The translations under genes and the position numbers were made by a program. From contig CATNEN010000038.1 in the NCBI GenBank assembly GCA_950097015.1, positions 11,098,001 to 11,162,000 on the forward strand: 64,000 nucleotides of DNA, written 5' to 3'. Shown here piece after piece: positions 1 to 11,585 of this stretch (position 1 is the stretch's first letter; the number at the start of each line of letters is the position of its first letter). Source of the stretch: Macrostomum hystrix. Taxonomy: Eukaryota > Animalia > Platyhelminthes. Under the pieces are notes generated by a model. It had not been told where the DNA came from. It searched no databases and saw nothing but the letters and a program-made list of their open reading frames with translations.

Positions 1-2743
1 GGCGACTGGGAAGATTGGGGACTGGAAAGATTGGGGACTGGAAAGTTTGGGGACTGGGAAGATTGGGGACTGGAAAGATTGGGGATTGGAGATTGGAGAC
101 TGGGAAGATTGGCGACTGGGAAGATTGGAGACTGGGAAGATTGGCGACTGGGAAGATTGGCGACTGGGAAGATTGGAGACTGGGAAGATTGGGGACTGGG
201 AAGATTGGAGACTGGGAAGATTGGGGACTGGAAAGATTGGGGATTGGAGATTGGAGACTGGGAAGATTGGGGATTGGAGATTGGAGACTGGGAAGATTGG
301 AGACTGGGAAGATTGGCGACTGGGAAGATTGGAGACTGGGAAGATTGGGGACTGGAAAGATTGGGGATTGGAGATTGGAGACTGGGAAGATTGGCGACTG
401 GGAAGATTGGAGACTGGGAAGATTGGAGACTGGGAAGATTGGAGACTGGGAAGATTGGAGACTGGGAAGATTGGAGACTGGGAAGATTGGGGACTGGGAA
501 GATTGGCGACTGGGAAGATTGGAGACTGGGAAGATTGGCGACTGGGAAGATTGGCGACTGGGAAGATTGGAGACTGGAAAGATTGGGGATTGGAGATTGG
601 AGACTGGGAAGATTGGAGACTGGGAAGATTGGCGACTGGGAAGATTGGAGACTGGGAAGATTGGCGACTGGGAAGATTGGCGACTGGGAAGATTGGCGAC
701 TGGGAAGATTGGTGACTGGGAAGATTGGAGACTGGGAAGATTGGGGACTGGAAAGATTGGGGATTGGAGATTGGAGACTGGGAAGATTGGAGACTGGGAA
801 GATTGGAGACTGGGAAGATTGGCGACTGGGAAGATTGGCGACTGGGAAGATTGGAGACTGGAAAGATTGGGGATTGGAGATTGGAGACTGGGAAGATTGG
901 AGACTGGGAAGATTGGCGACTGGGAAGATTGGAGACTGGGAAGATTGGCGACTGGGAAGATTGGCGACTGGGAAGATTGGCGACTGGGAAGATTGGTGAC
1001 TGGGAAGATTGGAGACTGGGAAGATTGGGGACTGGAAAGATTGGGGATTGGAGATTGGAGACTGGGAAGATTGGAGACTGGAAAGATTGGGGATTGGAGA
1101 TTGGAGACTGGGAAGATTGGAGACTGGGAAGATTGGCGACTGGGAAGATTGGAGACTGGGAAGATTGGCGACTGGGAAGATTGGCGACTGGGAAGATTGG
1201 AGACTGGGAAGATTGGCGACTGGGAAGATTGGCGACTGGGAAGATTGGAGACTGGGAAGATTGGCGACTGGGAAGATTGGGGACTGGAAAGATTGGGGAT
1301 TGGAGATTGGAGACTGGGAAGATTGGAGACTGGGAAGATTGGCGACTGGGAAGATTGGAGACTGGGAAGATTGGCGACTGGGAAGATTGGCGACTGGGAA
1401 GATTGGAGACTGGGAAGATTGGAGACTGGGAAGATTGGAGACTGGGAAGATTGGCGACTGGGAAGATTAGGGACTGGGAAGATTGGGGACTGGGAAGATT
1501 GGCGACTGGGAAGATTGGAGACTGGGAAGATTGGCGACTGGGAAGATTGGGGACTGGAAAGATTGGGGACTGGAAAGATTGGGGACTGGGAAGATTGGGG
1601 ACTGGGAAGATTGGGGACTGGAAAGATTGGGGATTGGAGATTGGAGACTGGGAAGATTGGCGACTGGGAAGATTGGCGACTGGGAAGATTGGCGACTGGG
1701 AAGATTGGCGACTGGGAAGATTGGCGACTGGGAAGATTGGAGACTGGGAAGATTGGAGACTGGGAAGATTGGCGACTGGGAAGATTGGCGACTGGGAAGA
1801 TTGGAGACTGGGAAGATTGGCGACTGGGAAGATTGGCGACTGGGAAGATTGGAGACTGGGAAGATTGGCGACTGGGAAGATTGGGGACTGGAAAGATTGG
1901 GGACTGGGAAGATTGGAGACTGGGAAGATTGGGGACTGGAAAGATTGGGGATTGGAGATTGGAGACTGGGAAGATTGGCGACTGGGAAGATTGGCGACTG
2001 GGAAGATTAGGGACTGGGAAGATTGGAGACTGGGAAGATTGGCGACTGGGAAGATTGGAGACTGGGAAGATTGGAGACTGGGAAGATTGGAGACTGGGAA
2101 GATTGGGGACTGGAAAGATTGGGGACTGGAGATTGGAGACTGGGAAGATTGGAGACTGGGAAGATTGGAGACTGGGAAGATTGGCGACTGGGAAGATTGG
2201 AGACTGGGAAGATTGGCGACTGGGAAGATTGGAGACTGGGAAGATTGGCGACTGGGAAGATTGGCGACTGGGAAGATTGGAGACTGGGAAGATTGGAGAC
2301 TGGGAAGATTGGAGACTGGGAAGATTGGCGACTGGAGATTGGCGACTGGGAAGATTGGAGACTGGGAAGATTGGCGACTGGGAAGATTGGGGACTGGGAA
2401 GATTGGAGACTGGGAAGATTGGTGACTGGGAAGATTGGGGACTGGGAAGATTGGAGACTGGGAAGATTGGAGACTGGGAAGATTGGAGACTGGGAAGATT
2501 GGAGACTGGGAAGATTGGAGACTGGGAAGATTGGCGACTGGGAAGATTGGGGACTGGGAAGATTGGAGACTGGGAAGATTGGGGACTGGAGATTGGAGAC
2601 TGGGAAGATTGGCGACTGGGAAGATTGGAGACTGGGAAGATTGGAGACTGGGAAGATTGGGGACTGGGAAGATTGGAGACTGGGAAGATTGGTGACTGGG
2701 AAGATTGGGGACTGGGAAGATTGGAGACTGGAAAGATTGGGGA
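1..2743. repeat. 16-nt G-rich minisatellite (GG[A/C/G]GACTGGGAAGATT)n, truncated by the window start
   Basis: About 170 tandem units visible, with the recurring variant block GGGGACTGGAAAGATTGGGGATTGGAGATT. The 'GKIGDWEDWRLGRL' ORFs are frame-cycling translations of the unit. Confidence 0.97.
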
Positions 2744-3261
2744 TCAATAAGCTTTGTAGGAATTTGTCATTCTGATTGTGAGGCTTTTGAAACTGGGGTA
2801 GATAGGAAGTTGTAAGGACATGGTTTTTTAATAAATCTGGATTCGCTGCTTCAGGCACCTCGGTGGGCATTGTGGTAACACTGCGTTGCTATCCTCTCGT
2901 TCCCTTTGAATCCCATGCAAACAGTTGCAATGGATCGCAAATATGAAAAAATGTTTAGTGGAGCAAGAAAACATTTTAGCCAACGCAATGCAACTACAAT
3001 GCAACACCGCTTTCGAAGAGTTTGATCTGTGAAGTTAAAGTGCCGTTAATTTTATGGAATTTTAAGGATTGGATTTGGGGCAATTCGTGGGATTATGAAT
3101 TACCTGCCTTTAATTGCGCAGCCTTTGAAACTATTATCCTCAGGCACTTCATGCTTGATTTTGATAGGCTTGACCAGGTGAATCTGTGCTTGAAATTTAT
3201 ATATTGTATATATACCTTCTGCTTCAAAAGCTGGTAGTAGCGATTCTTTATGTTACGAAAA

Positions 3262-3263
<2 letters not shown>

Positions 3264-3296
<33 letters not shown>
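3264..3296. repeat. (CAG)n microsatellite
   Basis: Direct read. Similar CAG tracts occur at ~19121-19160, 42572-42617 and 61597-61617. Confidence 0.9.
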
Positions 3297-3297
<1 letters not shown>

Positions 3298-5680
3298 ATT
3301 CCTGGTACCGGTGTTGCGTCCATTGCAAACCTATTAATTGCATCGGTGCAATGTATATACATTTCATATGTTCAGTTGGTTGCCAGTAACCAACCAAAAC
3401 AGGGAGTGGCGAGAGGAGGGAGGGAGGGTAAGAGGCGGAATAACAGTGGCACTGACTGCAAAGGCAACAAGCCGCTCTTCTTCCATACAACACTTTTGAG
3501 TTTATGTGAGATCACTGACTATGGCAGAAACTGCTTTTGCCTTGGCTATAGAGATAGCGACAATTCAGGCTTATAACTCGTGTCGCGAATGCGAGCATGA
3601 CAGAGAAGCGTGCAGTAGTGGCCAGTGGAGGAGGTGGTTGAGCGGCTGGTCCCCGACTACAGATGAAGAGCTTCAGTCTCTTCCTGCACCGCGTATCTTG
3701 TTATGTGTTATGTGGAAGGCTAGCTTTTTATGCCCAGTAGTTCCAGGGCTCTGTCCAAGTCCTCCAGTTTGACTGCTGCTGGAATTTCAAGGCGGCGGGA
3801 GCGGTGGCGCGAGTGAAGGCTGGGGGTTTGGGGTGGGTGGGTTGGTGCTGCAGCCGGTTTAGACCGAGGAGGGGGGTGGGTGATCGCGGCCGCGGCGGCC
3901 ATCCACCCCAGCTCCGCGGCCGGCTGGTGGGCAGGTTTTTGTCTGGCAGTCCCGAGCCCTGCCCTGGGGAAGGGCACACACAGCGGGCGGGGTTTGATTT
4001 ACGACTTAGCCTGTCAAGCGGGGTGGGGCCAGGCTAAGAGCGGCGGCAGCATTCAGTCGGACCGGGCTATTGCCTATTGAATTGTTTTGCGCTCTTTATT
4101 CGTTAAAGTTGTTGGCTGCTGGCTTGGTTAGTTTGTTCATTTAAAAGCCTGTTTGAGTCGCTTAACTATAAAAGTGAGCATTGACAGTCTTGAAGGGACT
4201 TGAGGGACTTAAAGCTTCAAAAGAGATAATAAAAACGGAATTTAGCTTGACCTCGGTGGCTGCGGCAGACTGTTTGTTGTCGGTTGGAGTTTACAGTAGC
4301 GACAGTGGGGCCAGTTGATAGCCTGTCTTAAATTGGTTAACGTTTTAAGTCTGCTCTTCATGTCATACTCCTCTTATCTTAGATAGCAAACCACTGCTCC
4401 AGACTGCTCCAAACTCAAAACTAAATCTGAAAGGCTTGTTTTAAAACTGTTTTTTAGTAGCAAAAAGATTTGACGCATATTTAAGTGCTAAAAGAGCAAC
4501 AGTGCTCAATTTGACATTTCTGTTAGTAATCTTAAGACTAAGATTAAGATTAAGATTTCAATGTTAAATTAACATCGATAAATTGCGTGAACACTGCCAA
4601 TATGAAATTCACATGCTATCTATTCTACTTATAGTAGGGTGGAAAACTACTGTGAAACTTTATCGTGGCTATCTTTATTTGACCCGAAAATGCGACAGCC
4701 TCATCCGTTTCAGAATCGCAATACTGACTCACTGCTTGTATTGTATTGTATTGCATTGTATTGCATGGCAGATGCAACAGGATTACGACTAGAATCGCAG
4801 GTAGAATCGCAGCTAGATTCACAACAAAAATCGTAGCAGGAATCGCAGCAGGAATCGCAGCAAGAATCACAGGTAGAATCGTAGCAATAGTCTCAACAAT
4901 ATTCGTAGCAGGATCTCTATTCATAATAAATCCAGTAAAAATGTAATACATGTAATAATAATAATTGAAGCGAATTCAAAAGTAGATGTTAATTTGTTGT
5001 TTACATCATATTTAATTGAGTTTCATAACAACAATATTGTTTAAGACAGCACATTTCCTACTGCGACTCATCACGCCTCGAGTCGCTCATCTTTCCTGCT
5101 GACCTCTAAAAGCACAAAAACTCTTTTGTTTTATGTGTTTGCAACAAGAAAAATACACCACGTCTAAAAATAGCTTAATACCAATAATCGTTAAAAATTT
5201 GAGCCTAATATAACTCGTAGTTACTGTGCAGATTTTAGTTGCATGTCCCGCCAAATAGCATGCAGCGTGCTCATGCCTTTGAGTAAACAATCTTAAATTC
5301 GGATTCTGCATCATAGCATCCAGGGCCCAAACAATGATTGCAGCATCAGCTGACTCTCTCTTTGTTAAAACAATCGCACGCCCAGATTGGAGTAAGAGCA
5401 TTAAGCCAGATATATAAGAGCATTTGATGCAAATAAGGGTTATCGTGCTGCTATATTGAAGCCCTCTTTCTTGGGGTTGGAGCGAGCTAAGGCAACGACG
5501 CTCTTCTCCGACGTAGATCCTACGTCAATCTTAAGTTCTAGTTCTAAAAATAGAACTCGCGAGAGTCCCGCACTGCCGTGGCAGTGTACATTTCACTTCA
5601 GCCCAGCCCCGCACAGCCATGAACTAAAGTGGACAGGATGTACATAGAGTAATGTACGCAACGTCGGAAATACGTTTTCC

Positions 5681-5696
5681 TGCTGAATCACATGAC
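5681..5696 (+). promoter_or_regulatory. Overlapping ARE-like (TGCTGAATCAC) and M-box/CLEAR-like (TCACATGAC) elements in the p62 promoter
   Basis: TGCTGAATCACATGAC lies ~60 bp upstream of the TATA box. It matches the CNC-sMaf ARE (TGAYnnnGC on the reverse strand) and the MITF/TFE M-box (GTCATGTGA). Confidence 0.5.
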
Positions 5697-5752
5697 GACG
5701 ATAAACATTACGTGGTTGCTCGTTGATCGGAGGGACAGGGCAAAAAAGCCTG

Positions 5753-5759
5753 TATAAAA
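5753..5759 (+). promoter_or_regulatory. TATA box of the p62 gene
   Basis: TATAAAA ~90 nt upstream of ATG 5845. Confidence 0.55.
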
Positions 5760-5844
5760 TAAGTTTCTTGGCTCGTAGAAGCAGTTGAATTCAATCTCGG
5801 CGCTTTTCAAGCTGAATTAACTTTACGAAAGCCAGAATAGAATA

Positions 5845-7188
5845 ATGGACTCCATCTCAGAGGTACCTTTCAAGGTGTACTATCAGGATGAGATCAGGCG
5901 ATTCAGCATGCCTGAACGAGTGTGCAACGGCGAGCAGAGCTACGCCTCGTTGGTGCAGCGCATCCAATCCGTGTTCGACATTCCGCCAACTCAGCCTCTC
6001 CGACTGCGTTGGCTCGACCCCGAGGGCGACCGCATCGTCTTCAGTTGCAGCGGCGAGCTCGCTGACGCCATCGGCGAACTGTCGTTTCATCGCGACGTGC
6101 CTGGCGCCGCTGTGCGAATCTACGTGTCGGATGGCGGCTCGCCTAAAGGCGACGCATTCGACCAGAGCGCCATCGTTCACCCGGGAGTATTCTGCGACGG
6201 CTGCAACACCAGCCTTCGAGGCTACCGATTCAAGTGCCTGGTCTGTCCAGACTACGACCTCTGCCTGGCCTGCCTCAACCGGGACACGCACAGTCAGCAC
6301 CAGATGACACTGATCCGCCGACCCGGTGATGGCTGGGGCTGCGGGAAGCATGCGGGCATGATCCTGAGTCGATTTCGTGGCGGCGGCGGCGGCGGTGGCG
6401 GCTGCCCTGTCCTGCAGCAAATGTCAGTGGTGGCCGAGGCGCAGGTCAGCGGCCGCAGCGATCAAGGCCGTCAGCGCTGTCCAAGATTTTGCGCGATGCG
6501 TGACGCTGCCGCTACATCCACCGGCGCCGTGGTTGTCAACAGTGGAGCTTCAACTCCGCCGCTGGTCACATCGACTGCCAGCGTGGGCACCGAGCGTCAA
6601 GTGGAGCAGGTAAACAGCGCCATCACAACCCAGCTGCCGCTTAGCACGGATGCCTCCATCCAGGTAAGATTTTTGTTGCTCGATTCGACTGTTAACTTGT
6701 GATTCTGCTCAAGTTCTCAATCCTTATATTAATCGGTTGTTGAACTCTCTGAACCGCAGGTGACGCGCCAGGAGTCGGAAGCCAGTGTGCAAGCCTCGGC
6801 CGCCTGTACGGCGTCGTCCGAGGCAGCCATCAAGGCGAGCTGCTGTGGCACCGAATCGTCAGCTGGGCCCTGCGGACCGGCCCTGACCCAGTCGCACTTC
6901 CGGACGCCCCCGACGCAGCCGCCCCCGGAGAGCAGCGCCGCCTTCCACGCCGAACCGCTGGAGACTTCGTTGGCCAGCTTCGTTGCCGGCAGCGTCGTCG
7001 CCACTGGCAGCGACGGCGGCTTCGAGTTGGTCGCCGCCCTGGACCCGAAGATCGCCCGCTCGCTGGAGCACATGACAGCCATGGGCTTCAACGACGAGGG
7101 TGGCTGGCTGACGCGACTGCTGACTGCCAAGGACGGCGACATCTGCGCTGTGCTGGACGCTATTCGACCAGTGGGCGGTGGGAAGTAA
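5845..7188 (+). CDS. SQSTM1: Sequestosome-1/p62 (Ref(2)P-like) autophagy receptor. Exons 5845-6663 and 6760-7188, 415 aa.
   Basis: N-terminal PB1 (FKVY...IRRF, OPCA-type [11 protein letters not shown]), ZZ finger (HPGVFCDGC...[16 protein letters not shown]...H..H), LIR-like DGGFELV, and C-terminal UBA ([41 protein letters not shown]). The 96-bp phase-0 intron CAG|GTAAGA...CCGCAG|GTG joins the two ORFs in frame. Confidence 0.95.
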
Positions 7189-7786
7189 TCTCGAATAGAT
7201 GAAGGACGCTGGGAAGAGTGGCATCGTCAGTCCTCAGAATGACAAAAACTTTTACTGGATAATGACTGTACTGTTGAATTTCCCTAGACCCAGGGTTATC
7301 TCATCCAATCAGATCGTTCTATCAGGTGATAAGCGGGCGAAGGAGTGCTATAAATAACTTCAAAACGGATTATCCTCTAAAAGCTATTTTCAGAAACAAT
7401 GTACATGTAAAGAGACAAAGACGTGAGAAAAGTACGTATACTTAAACGTACACCAAAGCACGTATAAAGAGCCAACGTACATTAGCATGCACGATGTACA
7501 TCATTAAAAAAAATCGATAATTTCGAATAACAGTTGAAGTTTTATCTGATAATTTTTTAATTAGCTTACTAAAGAGTAGCGAAGCTAATTTCACGCTGCA
7601 GCACAGTTTTTTCTTTCAAAAATCAACATTTTTATCCAGTCCAAAAGATACAATAAACAATTTCTAAAGATGAGGTTTTTCGTAATATTTCTTCTGTACA
7701 GAACTCAAATAGAGTGCAAAACTAACAGTCATTTGCTGCATTAAATTTTAAATCGTCAAAAATGTTCTTTATTCATGCTTGAATCG

Positions 7787-7831
7787 AGACGAGACGAGAC
7801 GAGACGAGACGAGACGAGACGAGGAGACGAG
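7787..7831. repeat. (GAGAC)n pentamer microsatellite
   Basis: Direct read. Confidence 0.85.
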
Positions 7832-8076
7832 AAACGGGAAAATATAGAACCCGTCACAATTAGAGTTGACTTTCATTCGTTGCGGCGACTTTTTATTTTT
7901 TCAACCTGTTCCACTGGAACATATTTTTAGCTCGAATCAATTGATTCAATTTACTTCAGCCTGGCATTAATTTCCAATGCAGAACAACATTTTAGCTTGC
8001 TCCCAAAATCATCAAAGATGTCATAAAAATTCGTGAGCATGGGTATGGACAAAGAGCGGGATCCAAGCTGAACTTT

Positions 8077-9620
8077 TAGTTCTTCAGGTAAGTTTCTAGT
8101 TCATCAGGTGAGTTTGTAGTTCATCAGGTGAGTTTGTAGTTCTTCAGGTGAGTTTGTAGTTCATCAGGTGAGTTTGTAGTTCTTCAGGTGAGTTTGTAGT
8201 TCTTCAGGTGAGTTTGTAGTTCTTCAGGTGAGTTTGTAGTTCTTCAGGTGAGTTTGTAGTTCTTCAGGTGAGTTTGTAGTTCTTCAGGTGAGCTTGTAGT
8301 TCTTCAGGTGAGTTTGTAGTTCATCAGGTGAGTTTATAGTTCTTCAGGTGAGCTTGTAGTTCTTCAGGTAAGCTTGTAGTTCTTCAGGTAAGCTTGTAGT
8401 TCTTCAGGTAAGCTTGTAGTTCTTCAGGTGAGCTTGTAGTTCTTCAGGTAAGCTTGTAGTTCTTCAGGTGAGTTTGTAGTTCATCAGGTGAGTTTGTAGT
8501 TCTTCAGGTGAGTTTGTAGTTCATCAGGTGAGTTTGTAGTTCTTCAGGTGAGTTTGTAGTTCTTCAGGTGAGTTTGTAGTTCTTCAGGTGAGTTTGTAGT
8601 TCTTCAGGTGAGTTTGTAGTTCTTCAGGTGAGTTTGTAGTTCTTCAGGTGAGTTTGTAGTTCTTCAGGTGAGTTTGTAGTTCTTCAGGTGAGTTTGTAGT
8701 TCTTCAGGTGAGTTTGTAGTTCTTCAGGTGAGTTTGTAGTTCTTCAGGTGAGATTGTAATTCTTCAGGTGAGTTTATAGTTCTTCAGGTGAGTTTGTAGT
8801 TCTTCAGGTGAGTTTGTAGTTCTTCAGGTGAGTTTGTAGTTCTTCAGGTGAGCTTGTAGTTCATCAGGTGAGTTTGTAGTTCTTCAGGTGAGTTTGTAGT
8901 TCTTCAGGTGAGTTTGTAGTTCTTCAGGTGAGTTTGTAGTTCTTCAGGTGAGTTTGTAGTTCTTCAGGTGAGTTTGTAGTTCTTCAGGTGAGTTTGTAGT
9001 TCTTCAGGTGAGTTTGTAGTTCTTCAGGTGAGTTTGTAGTTCTTCAGGTGAGTTTGTAGTTCTTCAGGTGAGTTTGTAGTTCATCAGGTGAGTTTGTAGT
9101 TCTTCAGGTGAGTTTGTAGTTCTTCAGGTGAGTTTGTAGTTCTTCAGGTGAGTTTGTAGTTCTTCAGGTGAGTTTGTAGTTCATCAGGTGAGTTTGTAGT
9201 TCTTCAGGTGAGTTTGTAGTTCATCAGGTGAGTTTGTAGTTCTTCAGGTGAGTTTGTAGTTCTTCAGGTGAGTTTGTAGTTCTTCAGGTGAGTTTGTAGT
9301 TCTTCAGGTGAGTTTGTAGTTCTTCAGGTGAGTTTGTAGTTCTTCAGGTGAGTTTGTAGTTCTTCAGGTGAGTTTGTAGTTCTTCAGGTGAGTTTGTAGT
9401 TCTTCAGGTGAGTTTGTAGTTCTTCAGGTGAGTTTGTAGTTCTTCAGGTGAGATTGTAATTCTTCAGGTGAGTTTATAGTTCTTCAGGTGAGTTTGTAGT
9501 TCTTCAGGTGAGTTTGTAGTTCTTCAGGTGAGTTTGTAGTTCTTCAGGTGAGCTTGTAGTTCATCAGGTGAGTTTGTAGTTCTTCAGGTGAGCTTGTAGT
9601 TTTTCAGGTGAGCTTGTAGT
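8077..9620. repeat. 20-nt minisatellite (TCTTCAGGTGAGTTTGTAGT)n, ~77 copies
   Basis: Highly homogeneous tandem array. Variant units recur at a 700-bp period. Confidence 0.97.
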
Positions 9621-9873
9621 ACCAGTAGCTGTAGCAGTGTGGTACTGGTATTAGAATAGCAGGTAAATTTTAAGCGGCATCTAATAATTCAGACAAAAAA
9701 ACGCTTTACTATTGAAATAAAAAAATACGAATCATACAATATAGACTACTGTCGTGAATACTGCAGTACTATGCCGAGAGGGTGGAGTGAGTTGAGTGAC
9801 CAACATACGAGAAACAACTCTGAATAATAAAACCCTGACTTCTGGTTATTATCTGGCAACCTAGTTGACAAGT

Positions 9874-10320
9874 CTAGCTGCTTGACGCCTTAGGCTGCAG
9901 AGGCTTCGGGAACAAGCTGACTGGCTTGAATTTGAAGCGAATCTGCAGTCGGCATCGAGAAGACTGGCTGCCGACTTGACTCGTCCTTGGTGGCAGCGGC
10001 GGTGGAACGACGCTGTCAGCGGCATCTGCCGGGGCTTGCATGCGCGGCAGTGTCTCCGAAAGTCGGGGTCGAGGAGCTGGCCGAGGCACTGCGGGCGCAG
10101 CCGAGCTGGAGATCGAGACTGGTCGCTCTGCGAGACAGGGCGTCGATGACTGTCGACTGGCGGTGGCTGCTGGTTCCGACATCTGCGGCCTCAACGATGG
10201 TCGTTGACTTGGCATGGGTCTCGGTGCGTCTTTGCTTGTCGGTCTCAACGACAATTGCGGTTTCTGACCAATGACTGGCCCGCTCTGCGCACGCTTTGTC
10301 GGATCGGAAGGTTGCGTCAT
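9874..10320 (-). CDS. Putative orphan Pro/Ser-rich disordered protein (148 aa from ATG 10320) or terminal exon of a larger gene
   Basis: GC-rich island in AT-rich DNA, uninterrupted non-repetitive ORF containing PPPLPPR. Acceptor-like AATCTCACAG| immediately upstream (exon start 10338) and a candidate upstream donor GTAAGT at 11279-11274. No recognisable domain. Confidence 0.5.
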   Translation of the reverse strand: MTQPSDPTKRAQSGPVIGQKPQLSLRPTSKDAPRPMPSQRPSLRPQMSEPAATASRQSSTPCLAERPVSISSSAAPAVPRPAPRPRLSETLPRMQAPADAADSVVPPPLPPRTSQVGSQSSRCRLQIRFKFKPVSLFPKPLQPKASSS

Positions 10321-11335
10321 AGGAGAAGACCGCCAGGTCTGTGAGATTTTACAGTATTGCAAATTATTTTTAAATGAAATACACACTGTTACAATTGGCT
10401 ATCAATGGCTGACTTAGATATCATGTAAATCAAACTGTAAGAGACTTGAGTGTTCGACTTAAATTATGAATTTAATTTCGACTTAAATTAAATTACGACT
10501 GGTAACATGAATGTGTTCATTAATTGTATCTTAATCCATTCATAATCAGATTCAGATAACGAAATACAAAAAATTGAATATGTTAAGCAGATAACAACTT
10601 ACATATACGCTTAAATGTAAGTAAATGTTTGACTCAACTGCTGATTTTATTTTTAGTAAATATTTTAAATCTATAAATAATGCAACTAAATAGCGCATAT
10701 TTAAAAGAAATATGTGAATAATATTTTGTAACGATAAGCATTAAGATTATTTCACAAAATTTGTTTTGGAGTAAAGACAAAATACGTAATTGCATATGTG
10801 AAAAATAATTGTTCTAACATTACTTATTGCTTTGAGGATAAGAAATTAGTTAAAGGTAGATGATAAAAGCAAAATAATTTTTTTACTATCTTCAGTGCTG
10901 ATTTACTTGAAAAAAAATCAGATATTTCAAGAACTTGAGTATGAAAAAGAAACCGCATTTAAATCTTAAGATAAGAATAAAATAATATATAACGATTTCG
11001 GATCGTAAACGTTTCCTTAAAAAATTGTGCTCTGATATTATTTTATAATTTAGCGAAAAAGATTACTGGATAGAATGAGAATATCGAACTTTTTGTCTAT
11101 CGAAACAGGATTTTTTAAATATCGTCTCTTCTATCATCCGCGATGATAATTGCAAATAAAGTTTCATTAGTTTCTCTGATTAAAATATTTTTATTTATAA
11201 TTAAAAAATGCTTTTTCTTTTTATGTTGCTATTTGTGACAAAACTTTGTAAAATATTATTTTAGTTTGTTATACTTACTTAAATTAACACCGTTGTAAGA
11301 TCGAGTTGCACAGCAGCTTTAAATGGTTTATGGTT

Positions 11336-11585
11336 GGTAGTGGCTATTCGTACGGCAGAATCTCCTATCTTGTAGTGCATTTCCAAGAAATGATGAAACG
11401 AGTTATAACAAATCTAAAATGTTAACTGCGATGCTTGTAGATTCTTCTTATGAATAAAAACTGTTTGATAATTTTCTGCACGGTTAGATGATAAAATTAT
11501 ACGTGTTCGCCAAACCGCGGCAAGCTTCCTCATGGTGAATTATTGGATTTTATATTTCCGGACTGCCGTACGAATAGCCACTTCC
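11336..11585. mobile_element. 250-bp MITE with 23-bp TIRs and 9-bp TSD (Mutator- or Merlin-like)
   Basis: Left TIR GGTAGTGGCTATTCGTACGGCAG, right TIR CTGCCGTACGAATAGCCACTTCC (1 mismatch). TTTATGGTT is duplicated at 11327-11335 and 11586-11594. Confidence 0.88.

Noticed and set aside
15-2870. 911-aa and other long W/G-rich ORFs
   Set aside because: Translations of a stop-poor 16-nt minisatellite; the same peptide appears in all three frames
3093-3576. PolyQ/polyA/polyC ORFs
   Set aside because: A (CAG)n microsatellite in AT-rich DNA with no domain or convincing splice context
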